Shown here: positions 47,696-55,641 of the stretch, in pieces | How positions within the stretch are numbered: position 1 is the first letter of the stretch | How the letters are laid out: every line of letters begins with the position of its first letter | NCBI GenBank assembly: GCA_003635185.1 | Contig: PYJA01000004.1 | Coordinates: forward strand, 12,044 to 76,043 | Source: Candidatus Poribacteria bacterium | Lineage (GTDB): Bacteria; Poribacteria; WGA-4E; WGA-3G | Direction of reading: 5' to 3' | DNA: 64,000 nucleotides | The notes under the pieces: model-generated | What the model was told of the DNA's origin: nothing | The model's input: the letters and a program-made list of their open reading frames with translations, nothing else | Database searches by the model: none | Made by a program: the position numbers and the translations under genes

Positions 47696-48163
47696 TTGAA
47701 AATTTATCTTGATACCTGTTGTTTAAGTCGACTTTTTGATCCACTAACCCAAGCGCGGGTTCGTCAAGAAGCCGAGGCTGTCAATCGTATCCTCACTTAT
47801 TGCTTCAGTGGACATTGGTATTGGATTGCGAGCGACGTTTTATTAAATGAAGTCAACCGGACTCCGGACTTAGAAGAACGCACGCAAATTAAAACTTGGC
47901 TAACTTTTGCATACCAGACTGTCCACATTGGAGTAGGCGAAATATCAAGAGGAATCCAACTTGAAGCATTGGGATTTAAGGGGCGAGATGCTTTACATCT
48001 CGCCTGTGCTGAAAGTGGCGAAGTGAATTTCTTTCTCACAACCGATGATCGGCTGCTCAGCAGAGCAAAACGTTATCCAAATCGGCTTCACATTCATGTT
48101 GAGAATCCTTATACATGGTTACGGGAGACAGAGAATGGACATCTTAGAAATGACAGATCTTGA
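47696..48163 (+). CDS. PIN-domain protein (putative toxin), module 1
   Basis: (M)KIYLDTCCLSRLFD, EAEAV, DALHLACAE, LTTDDRL acidic quartet. TTG start chosen by analogy with module 2. Confidence 0.65.
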   Translation: MKIYLDTCCLSRLFDPLTQARVRQEAEAVNRILTYCFSGHWYWIASDVLLNEVNRTPDLEERTQIKTWLTFAYQTVHIGVGEISRGIQLEALGFKGRDALHLACAESGEVNFFLTTDDRLLSRAKRYPNRLHIHVENPYTWLRETENGHLRNDRS

Positions 48164-48608
48164 GATTTATGAACTTGGGACTAAAAAACTTACAGAGCAA
48201 ATGGGTACGACGTATGCCACACAGTTTCTGCAGAAATGCAAACCACGTGACTATGATTACACCGCTGATCGACATAAATGGCTAGCTGACGACCCGGATA
48301 TCCTCACGATGGCAAAGCAGATTCAAGAAGAAAAAGCGTTGCAAGCAAAGGAAGAAAGCGTTAAAGCTGAAAGAATTGCCGCGTGGCGAAGCGGTTTATT
48401 AGAACTCACCGATCTTGAGATCTATGGACTCGGGTTTAAAGTCCTTGCGGAGAGCCTTGGTGCTTACGGGGTGTTGCGGTTCATCACGCAGCATTTCAAA
48501 CATCTCAATAGTGATCAACCTATTGACAAACCACAGCAGTTTCAGTCGGATAGCGATGTTAGTAGTGCCATGCAGACGATGAAAGAGAACAAACTGCCGC
48601 AAGATTAA
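48135..48608 (+). CDS. PIN-associated partner protein (two MTD.EIYELG repeats), module 1
   Basis: MDILEMTDLEIYELGTKKL...LELTDLEIYGLGFKVL. It overlaps the PIN stop by 29 nt and is a paralog of the N-terminus of 49280-50362. Confidence 0.5.
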   Translation: MDILEMTDLEIYELGTKKLTEQMGTTYATQFLQKCKPRDYDYTADRHKWLADDPDILTMAKQIQEEKALQAKEESVKAERIAAWRSGLLELTDLEIYGLGFKVLAESLGAYGVLRFITQHFKHLNSDQPIDKPQQFQSDSDVSSAMQTMKENKLPQD

Positions 48609-48685
48609 ATGAAATACGAGCATTCGGAACACTTCAACATTTATCTTACTAATATGAGAAAACTGTGTATTTTGGCAACGAATAA

Positions 48686-48841
48686 CTTGCAATAATCAAC
48701 GAAGATGTGCTGACGACCCGTGCTATCGAAAAAGACAGCGTTGACCTCATCGTCACATCATCTCCTTACAACGTTGATATAAAATATAACTCAAATGACG
48801 GTGCGCGCTCTTATACGGACTATCTTTTTTGGAATCTATGA
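48686..48841 (+). pseudogene. 5' fragment of an N6/N4 DNA methyltransferase gene
   Basis: The translation LAIINEDVLTTRAIEKDSVDLIVTSSPYNVDIKYNSNDGARSYTDYL carries the motif IV region (DLIVTSSPY) of amino-methyltransferases. It has no start codon and ends at the ATG of the PIN gene (ctATGA). Confidence 0.55.
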
Positions 48842-49293
48842 GAATTTATCTTGATACCTGTTGTTTGAGTCGGCGTTTTGACGATCAGACGCAAACTCGA
48901 ATTCATCAAGAAACTGAAGCAATCAGACAGATACTTGATTATTTTCAAGATGGACATTGGCTTTGGATATCCAGCGATGTTTTAGTTGATGAAATAGAAA
49001 ACAATCCTAATGAAACAAAACGGATTCAAATCAAAAGGTGGCTAATTCACGTTGACCAAGATATTTCTGTTGAAACGAGTGAAATTTCAAGAGGCAGACA
49101 GTTAGAAACGTTGACGTTTCAAGCAATGGATGCATTGCATCTTGCTTGTGCTGAGAGCGGATCGGCAGATGTTTTGTTAACAACAGACGACAGGTTACTC
49201 AATAAGGCGAGAAACGTGCAAACTCAACTTAACATTGAAGTTGATAATCCTCTGGAATGGTTACAGAAGGTAAGAAAAAATGAACATACTTGA
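48838..49293 (+). CDS. PIN-domain protein (putative toxin), module 2
   Basis: MRIYLDTCCLSRRFDD..., DALHLACAESG, LTTDDRLL; paralog of 47696-48163. Confidence 0.65.
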   Translation: MRIYLDTCCLSRRFDDQTQTRIHQETEAIRQILDYFQDGHWLWISSDVLVDEIENNPNETKRIQIKRWLIHVDQDISVETSEISRGRQLETLTFQAMDALHLACAESGSADVLLTTDDRLLNKARNVQTQLNIEVDNPLEWLQKVRKNEHT

Positions 49294-50362
49294 AATGACA
49301 GATAAAGAACTATATGAACTCGGTCAAAAGGCACTTGCGGATAAACTTGGTGCCGATCAGGCCGAGCGGTTTATTCGGCAATGCAAACCGGGTGAGGGTG
49401 ACTACTCCGTTGATCGCCATAAATTGTTAGCAAATCAGGGAGATATTGACACAATTGTAGCGCGTATCCGACGGAGAGAAGTGGAGCGAAAAGAGGAAGA
49501 ACGTAAACGTGCTGAAAGATTCGCTGCGCCTCAAAGCGAAATCCGAAAAATGACGGATATTGAAATTTTTGAAATCGGACTTACAGTTCTTGTTGATAAA
49601 CTTGGAGTCGCTGGATACTGGGGGTTTTTTCAACAGTGTCAAGAGATTAATAGAGGTTATCCTATTGAATACATTCAAAATAAAGAAGATGCCGAAAAAG
49701 AAATTGCACTTTACACGGCAGGCATAACGCTTAATCCGAAAATGGTTGAGAATTATATCAAGCGTGGCAATGCCTATAGTTACATCAGAGAATATGACAA
49801 AGCCATCGCAGATTATAGTGAAGCGATAAAACTCAAACCCAATTATGCTGAAGCTTACAGCAACCGCGCAAAGGTGCACGTCAAAAAAGCCGATTTTGAA
49901 AGAGCAATTGAAGACTATACCAAGGCAATAGAACTCAATCCGCAAGACGTTGATGCGTATTACACGCGCGGTAAACTTTACGTTGAGGGAAATGAATATG
50001 ATAAGGCGATCGCTGACTTTAGCTTGGCAATAAAACTTGACCCTGAGCATGCCGATGCATCTGGTTATCGCGCTACTCTTTATGGTGAACGAGGCAAGTA
50101 TGACAAAGCAATTGAAGGATTCAGTAAGGAAATTGAACTCCGACCCTATGATGCTGAGACTTACGAAGATCGCGGTAGAATTTACGTCAAAATAGGTGAG
50201 TATGACAAAGCAATTGCGGACTTTACTGAGGCGATAAAACTTATCCCAGACTTCACGGATGCTTATTTCGAACGCGCTATGACTTATTTGCGAATGGACA
50301 ATTTGGAGTCCGCAATGCAAGATTTTGACAAGATTTCAGAGTTGAAACAAGAATTTACGTAA
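49280..50362 (+). CDS. PIN-associated partner fused to a C-terminal TPR domain
   Basis: The N-terminal 120 aa are paralogous to 48135-48608. About 6-7 TPR units follow (AIADYSEAIKLKPNYAEAYSNRA...). Confidence 0.65.
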   Translation: MNILEMTDKELYELGQKALADKLGADQAERFIRQCKPGEGDYSVDRHKLLANQGDIDTIVARIRRREVERKEEERKRAERFAAPQSEIRKMTDIEIFEIGLTVLVDKLGVAGYWGFFQQCQEINRGYPIEYIQNKEDAEKEIALYTAGITLNPKMVENYIKRGNAYSYIREYDKAIADYSEAIKLKPNYAEAYSNRAKVHVKKADFERAIEDYTKAIELNPQDVDAYYTRGKLYVEGNEYDKAIADFSLAIKLDPEHADASGYRATLYGERGKYDKAIEGFSKEIELRPYDAETYEDRGRIYVKIGEYDKAIADFTEAIKLIPDFTDAYFERAMTYLRMDNLESAMQDFDKISELKQEFT

Positions 50363-50586
50363 ATCCATTTCGAGTAAACAATGTAACGAGAAACGTAAAG
50401 GAACGTGAGCTCGGTAAAAAGGACATGAAGTTTTTCGTGCCATGAATTTACTCTTACAACCTTGGTAGATAAGATTTCTAATCGCAGCAATTCCCAAAAT
50501 TGCTTATACAGAACTCACGTCAATATCATTTTTGGAAACTCAATAAGGTAATTTGAACTTTATCATGAGATTGAGAACAATTATAT

Positions 50587-51213
50587 ATGGAAAATTCTAA
50601 TGCAAGGACAATTAAAGTACAATGGGATCGACTGTGTGACTTAATCAAAAAACTGGAGTTAGAAATCGCCCAAACTGATTTTCCTATCCCAACACCTCAA
50701 ATGTGCAAACTGCTTATTGTTGGTGAAGACCGTCGCTTTTATAAACATTCTGGGGTTGATCTGTTTGCACTTTGTAGAGCACTTTGGAAAACTTTTTTTT
50801 GTAGAGTTAGACAGGGTGGTTCAACAATAGCCATGCAGTTTGTCAGGACAGTTACAGGTCGTTATGAAAAAACGTGGCGGAGAAAATTTATTGAGATTTT
50901 TTTTGCTGTCCGTTTGACGCGATATATTCCGAAAGATCGATTGCCAATTCTTTACTTATGGGTTGCGTACTACGGTTGGGGAATGAACAATTTTAGGCAG
51001 GCTTGCTCAAGGCTGGAAATTAATCCAAAATCAATTAGTGTTTTTGAAGCTGCTAAACTCGTTGCTCGATTGAAATATCCAGAGCCCCGAGAATGTAGTT
51101 CTGAACATTTAGGGAAAATTGAGCGTAGAGGTCGTCATTTAATAACGTTAGCCGATAACATGAGTGAAAATCTAAAATCTTATCAGGAGATTCAACAAAA
51201 TGAAACCTTTTGA
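50587..51213 (+). CDS. Stand-alone GT51 (peptidoglycan glycosyltransferase / PBP transglycosylase)-like domain protein without a membrane anchor
   Basis: GT51 motifs in order: GEDRRFYKHSGVD, RQGGSTIAMQFVR, RRKFIEIFFAVRL, KDRLPILYLWVAYYGWG, FEAAKLVARLKYPEP. There is no hydrophobic N-terminus, and an in-frame stop lies at 50572-50574. Confidence 0.65.
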   Translation: MENSNARTIKVQWDRLCDLIKKLELEIAQTDFPIPTPQMCKLLIVGEDRRFYKHSGVDLFALCRALWKTFFCRVRQGGSTIAMQFVRTVTGRYEKTWRRKFIEIFFAVRLTRYIPKDRLPILYLWVAYYGWGMNNFRQACSRLEINPKSISVFEAAKLVARLKYPEPRECSSEHLGKIERRGRHLITLADNMSENLKSYQEIQQNETF

Positions 51214-51889
51214 AATTGGAATAGCACTCCGAAAATTGCTTGGTCACTATCCCGATCCAGAATTGTTACTCCAAGTAGCACTTGAAGGTGGCAAAGAAGC
51301 CCAAGGTGCAATTGCAAGACTATGGTTATCTGAAGGAATACCGTCTATTTTTTGCATTTGTCCGGCCATATATGATTCTCTTCGTTGTTGGATTGCAGAG
51401 TGTTTAGAGGTTAAAGCAAAAGAAATTGGTCTGGTAGGAAGTGCTCAGTTGGGCAAATCTCTTGACCCTTGTAAACTCGGTACCCCTTTTATTGATAGGA
51501 GGTCGGACCTTGACTTTTTTATTGTTTCAAGTAATTTATTTGCAAAGTTAAAAGAAGATTTTGAATGTTGGTCAGACGACTTTAAGGGTGGACGATTAAG
51601 TGCATATAATCGTGAAAGGAGATTTTGGAAAAGTAATTTAAAACGAAGCTCAAACAATATCAATAGAGGGTTTATTGATGCAAATACAATTCCTTCCTTT
51701 CCCGAATACCCTACTGCGGAGAAAATACAAAAAATAATGGAACTTTTAATCCTGAGACTGAAAAACACTAAGGATGCTCCAAAACCCCAAAAAGCATCTA
51801 TTCGATGTTATACATCTTGGGATAGTTTTGTGCAACAGAAATCTCTGAACTTAAGACACTTGGCCGAACAGGTGAGAAAACAATTATAA
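51200..51889 (+). CDS. Pol-beta-superfamily nucleotidyltransferase-like protein
   Basis: hG[GS]x(n)D.D pattern: IGLVGSAQLGKSL...RRSDLDFFIVSS. Its start overlaps the upstream stop by 14 nt. Confidence 0.45.
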   Translation: MKPFEIGIALRKLLGHYPDPELLLQVALEGGKEAQGAIARLWLSEGIPSIFCICPAIYDSLRCWIAECLEVKAKEIGLVGSAQLGKSLDPCKLGTPFIDRRSDLDFFIVSSNLFAKLKEDFECWSDDFKGGRLSAYNRERRFWKSNLKRSSNNINRGFIDANTIPSFPEYPTAEKIQKIMELLILRLKNTKDAPKPQKASIRCYTSWDSFVQQKSLNLRHLAEQVRKQL

Positions 51890-51959
51890 AAATAGGGTTT
51901 ACGCAATGAGGTGCATAGTAATCTATTTGTACACCCAATTCACGTTAAAGGAGAAACTT

Positions 51960-52388
51960 ATGGTCTATACATTGACTATCCATCCAGAAATGACGTTCAA
52001 CGAGATAGCAACAGCAATTGCGGACACAATCCCGCATGAAAAAATTATTACAGCTGCAGAAAGTGTATTAGCAGATAAATCCGAACCTTTTAATCCTCTT
52101 AATCGTTCTGGTCCTTGGCGAGCTGCCCTTAACCGCACAGCTGAGGAGCATATTAGGAAAAATGAATTTTTACCTATTAAGACGATTGTAAACATAATGG
52201 TAAATCATTATATTGATTATCATAAAGACCTTTGTCCTCGCGCATCTGTTGGTGCTTTATACTATTTTGTAGACGACTGTGAAATATCTAAGAGTTACCC
52301 TATGTTAATAAGAGAGGTGTCAGACGTACTTTTCGATAGATACTATACACCTGAGAGTGTCGACGCTATCCGAGGGCAAGCTGCATAA
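51960..52388 (+). CDS. Hypothetical 143-aa protein
   Basis: The ATG at 51960 follows AAAGGAGA. No recognisable motif. Confidence 0.45.
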   Translation: MVYTLTIHPEMTFNEIATAIADTIPHEKIITAAESVLADKSEPFNPLNRSGPWRAALNRTAEEHIRKNEFLPIKTIVNIMVNHYIDYHKDLCPRASVGALYYFVDDCEISKSYPMLIREVSDVLFDRYYTPESVDAIRGQAA

Positions 52389-52504
52389 GTCAAGTATCTT
52401 TCCGAAACAATTACGCGCACTGAGACGTTTATTAAGAAGTTACGATTTTCTTTTGTTTTTAAGATATATAGACTTTTCCACCCGAACAAAATTGGGGCAA
52501 TTTC

Positions 52505-53818
52505 ATGTCACCAGACGCTATCCTTGAATGGTTTGATAGAACACCTATTGATAAAGATTGGTCATTCAGCGAATGTAAGCCATCAGATACAGGAAAATGG
52601 ACTCACGGTTACCATCGCTATCCCGCCAAGTTCATTCCACAACTTGTTGAGAAGTTAATGGATACCTACATAGACAATGATACTGCCAGTGTAAACGATC
52701 CGTTTATGGGATGTGGCACAACCATTGTCAGTGCAATATCGCGCGGTTTTCACGCCAGCGGAACGGACATCAATAAAATTGCTTATTTGATGACTGGGGC
52801 AAAAGCAAAAGCGATCTGTCCAGACTATCTTAAGAAAAAAGTTAATGATTTTCTGTTACAGATTTGTCCTCCTGAGATAGAGAGTGAATTGTTTAGTAAA
52901 AATCAGATAGAGCCTTGTATTCCTGAGAAACACTTAGAAAAGATAAACTACTGGTTTACAGAATCAGCACGAGATGAACTTGGGAAAATTTTAGCCGTAA
53001 TTCGTAAAGAAAAAGAATCTGTAATCAAGTCTTTTCTTCTTGTTGCATTTAGTCATGTTCTCAAAACATGTTCAATTTGGAGTCTAAGTAGTACTAAGCC
53101 TTCGCGCGATTTCAATAAACGGTCCACACTTCCCTATGATGCTATCAAAAGACACCTTCTGAAAATGCTAAAGGGAAATTCTCATTTTTACGATGTTGTA
53201 CCTTCTCATGTTAAAGACAATCCTGATAGTTACCTAAAAATTCGAATAGGTTGTGCCAAAGAGCAGCCTGTTCCAGATGATAGTGTTGATCTAATTGTAA
53301 GTTCAAGTCCGTATGTAACAAGCTATGAGTATGCTGATCTACATCAACTCTCAACGCTTTGGTTAGATTTAGCGGGCGACCTCAAAGAGTATAGAAAAGA
53401 GTTTATTGGCACCTCCTATAAGCATTACCAGAATAAGGCATTAAAGAGTCTAATAGCTTCCAAGATTGTTGATGAAATGGAGCAAAAGAATAGAAAAAAA
53501 GCAAAGGAGATTGATGCCTTCTATATTGATATGCAGGAGGTTTTTAACGAGAGTTATAGGATTTTAAAACTAGGTGGTAGGTGTTGTTATGTGATTGGGA
53601 ACACTAAATTACGCGGAGTTGATATTCTTAACGCAGAAGCATTTGCAGACTCCTTGCAGCATTCAGGATTTAAACTTGATCGACTAATTAAACGGGAAAT
53701 ACCTTTGAAAATTCTCCCACAGACAAGGGACGAAAAAACGGGCAGATTTGCAAGTAAGGATAAGGCAGATGCACAAGCATATCCAACGGAGTACATTGTT
53801 ATCGGATTAAAGGAATAG
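52505..53818 (+). CDS. N6-adenine/N4-cytosine DNA methyltransferase (motif I before motif IV)
   Basis: AdoMet motif NDPFMGCGTT (about aa 65) and catalytic motif DLIVSSSPYVTSYEY (about aa 265). Confidence 0.8.
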   Translation: MSPDAILEWFDRTPIDKDWSFSECKPSDTGKWTHGYHRYPAKFIPQLVEKLMDTYIDNDTASVNDPFMGCGTTIVSAISRGFHASGTDINKIAYLMTGAKAKAICPDYLKKKVNDFLLQICPPEIESELFSKNQIEPCIPEKHLEKINYWFTESARDELGKILAVIRKEKESVIKSFLLVAFSHVLKTCSIWSLSSTKPSRDFNKRSTLPYDAIKRHLLKMLKGNSHFYDVVPSHVKDNPDSYLKIRIGCAKEQPVPDDSVDLIVSSSPYVTSYEYADLHQLSTLWLDLAGDLKEYRKEFIGTSYKHYQNKALKSLIASKIVDEMEQKNRKKAKEIDAFYIDMQEVFNESYRILKLGGRCCYVIGNTKLRGVDILNAEAFADSLQHSGFKLDRLIKREIPLKILPQTRDEKTGRFASKDKADAQAYPTEYIVIGLKE

Positions 53819-53824
53819 ACAGTT

Positions 53825-54514
53825 ATGAAGTTTGAAGATTTGAAAGATATGTACAGTGAGACACAATTGGTAGAAGGTGAAGAGGCGTACAGATCAGTTT
53901 CTGAACTTTTGCGAAATGCGAAAGAACAGCATAAACAGGATTTTTTGAGAGATAGACCTGACGGAGACCATGAACAGAGCTGGCGGGCTTTCAAGGGAAA
54001 GAATTTTGAAAAGTTAATCCAACATATTATCACAGAGTCAATTGAAGCACTTGGTATGAGAGTTATAAACGGTAATAAATTAGAGCGGAGCACGAGCCTG
54101 TCTTACGAATTGAGCTTAGTTAAGCGAAATTTAGCTATTGATTATGGGGAATTTGGATTACATTTACCCGATGTTGATATTGTGGTTTATAATCCCGAAA
54201 ACATGAAAGTGATTGCTGTAATTTCCAGCAAAGTCACACTCCGTGAGCGAATTGCCCAGACAGGTTATTGGAAGCTCAAGTTATTAGCGGATAAAACAAC
54301 AGAACACATCAAGGTTTACTTCATTACTCCAGACGAAGATGGTACCTTGACGACTACATATCTTCCCAAAAAAGGACGTGCCATTGTTGAGATTGACCTT
54401 GACGGCACTTATGTACTAACGGAGGCGGATATAGAAGAAAGCGATAAGGTAAAACTATTTGAACATTTCATTGAGGATTTCAAACAACTGATAGAAGACG
54501 ACCATACTTTTTGA
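53825..54514 (+). CDS. Putative restriction endonuclease subunit A (PD-(D/E)xK-like)
   Basis: The candidate nuclease core LPDVDIVVYNP....VIAVISSKVTLRERIAQTGYW lies directly downstream of the methyltransferase. Confidence 0.5.
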   Translation: MKFEDLKDMYSETQLVEGEEAYRSVSELLRNAKEQHKQDFLRDRPDGDHEQSWRAFKGKNFEKLIQHIITESIEALGMRVINGNKLERSTSLSYELSLVKRNLAIDYGEFGLHLPDVDIVVYNPENMKVIAVISSKVTLRERIAQTGYWKLKLLADKTTEHIKVYFITPDEDGTLTTTYLPKKGRAIVEIDLDGTYVLTEADIEESDKVKLFEHFIEDFKQLIEDDHTF

Positions 54515-54534
54515 GTTTGTTAAAGGATAATGCT

Positions 54535-55206
54535 ATGGGCAAGTATAGTTTTGAAGATGTTAAGAAATTGTATTATGAAATGGAACAAATTAAAGGCAAG
54601 GAAGCCTATAGATACGTTTCCGATGTCCTTGAAATGGCGAAGGAACCTCATAGAAGAGATTTCTTGAAACGTAACCCTAAGGGGAATCATCAACAAAGTT
54701 GGAATAATTTTAAAGGAAATTGCTTTGAAAAACTACTTCAGCATATTATCACAAAGTCGGTTGAACCATTTGGGCTAAAAGTAGTTAACGACAAAGAGTT
54801 AAAAAAGAAAAGACTGTCGGAACAATTAGTTGCTGTAAAACGAAACTTAGTTATTGATTATGGCAAATATGGGATGCATTTACCAGATGCAGATATAGTT
54901 ATCTACAATCCCAAGAAATGTAGAGTGATCGCTGTAATTTCATGCAAAACCTCTTTGAGAGAAAGAATTGCTCAAACAGGTTATTGGAAGTTCAAATTTT
55001 GGGAAAATGAAATTACAAAACATATCCAGGTATATCTGGTTACCGCTGATACAGATAATACGTTGACAAAAATAGAACCTTTCAAAAAAGCTCGTGCGAT
55101 TGTTGAAATTGATCTTGACGGTGTTTATGTCTTAACAAAAGAAAACCTTCATGAAAGCGACAAGGTCAAACTTTTTGAGCATTTCATTGAAGATTTTAAG
55201 CAATGA
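54535..55206 (+). CDS. Putative restriction endonuclease subunit B (paralog of A)
   Basis: Roughly 60% identical by eye to 53825-54514 (LPDADIVIYNP....VIAVISCKTSLRERIAQTGYW). The ATG at 54535 follows AAAGGA. Confidence 0.5.
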   Translation: MGKYSFEDVKKLYYEMEQIKGKEAYRYVSDVLEMAKEPHRRDFLKRNPKGNHQQSWNNFKGNCFEKLLQHIITKSVEPFGLKVVNDKELKKKRLSEQLVAVKRNLVIDYGKYGMHLPDADIVIYNPKKCRVIAVISCKTSLRERIAQTGYWKFKFWENEITKHIQVYLVTADTDNTLTKIEPFKKARAIVEIDLDGVYVLTKENLHESDKVKLFEHFIEDFKQ

Positions 55207-55521
55207 ATATGATCCTAAAGATTCAATAGATTAAAGGTTTACACCAACCTTTAACATTGTCTATTTTTTAATCAATCTGTCCAAAAAATAGGCAATTTTA
55301 CCGAACAAACAGCCAAAAACACCCTGTTCCGTTGGCATAAAAATTGCTACACGTGTAAATATACCTCCTTAGGTGAGTCGGAACTGCAATCTCTGAAAAG
55401 CGCAATGAGTAACCGATATGATACGCGTTAGGTTAAAATCCCTGATATTTCTCAACCATTTAGAGACGTAGTTTCCGACTCTTTTTTTACCAAAGAGAAA
55501 CATTCTATATTCAACAGGATG

Positions 55522-55637
55522 GACGCATTTTCTCTTAAAGTCCCCCTTGATAAGGGGGATTTAGGGGGTTAAATAACAGAAATAGCAGCTTTTTAACCCC
55601 CCTACCCCCCTTATCAAGGGGGAATGCGTCTGTCCTG
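55522..55637 (-). repeat. Palindromic repeat family C, full copy in inverted orientation
   Basis: Its reverse complement aligns end to end with 8966-9080 (caggacagacgcattcccc..ccttgataaggggg...cccccttatcaaggggactt.aagagaaaatg). Confidence 0.7.
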
Positions 55638-55641
55638 ATCG

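Noticed and set aside
49427-50320. 297-aa minus-strand ORF antisense to the TPR gene
   Set aside because: Low-complexity antisense translation of the TPR repeats. The plus-strand TPR frame has canonical repeat consensus.
53587-54093. 168-aa minus-strand ORF spanning the junction between the MTase and the first nuclease-like gene
   Set aside because: It is antisense to two well-supported plus-strand genes and has no RBS or motif.
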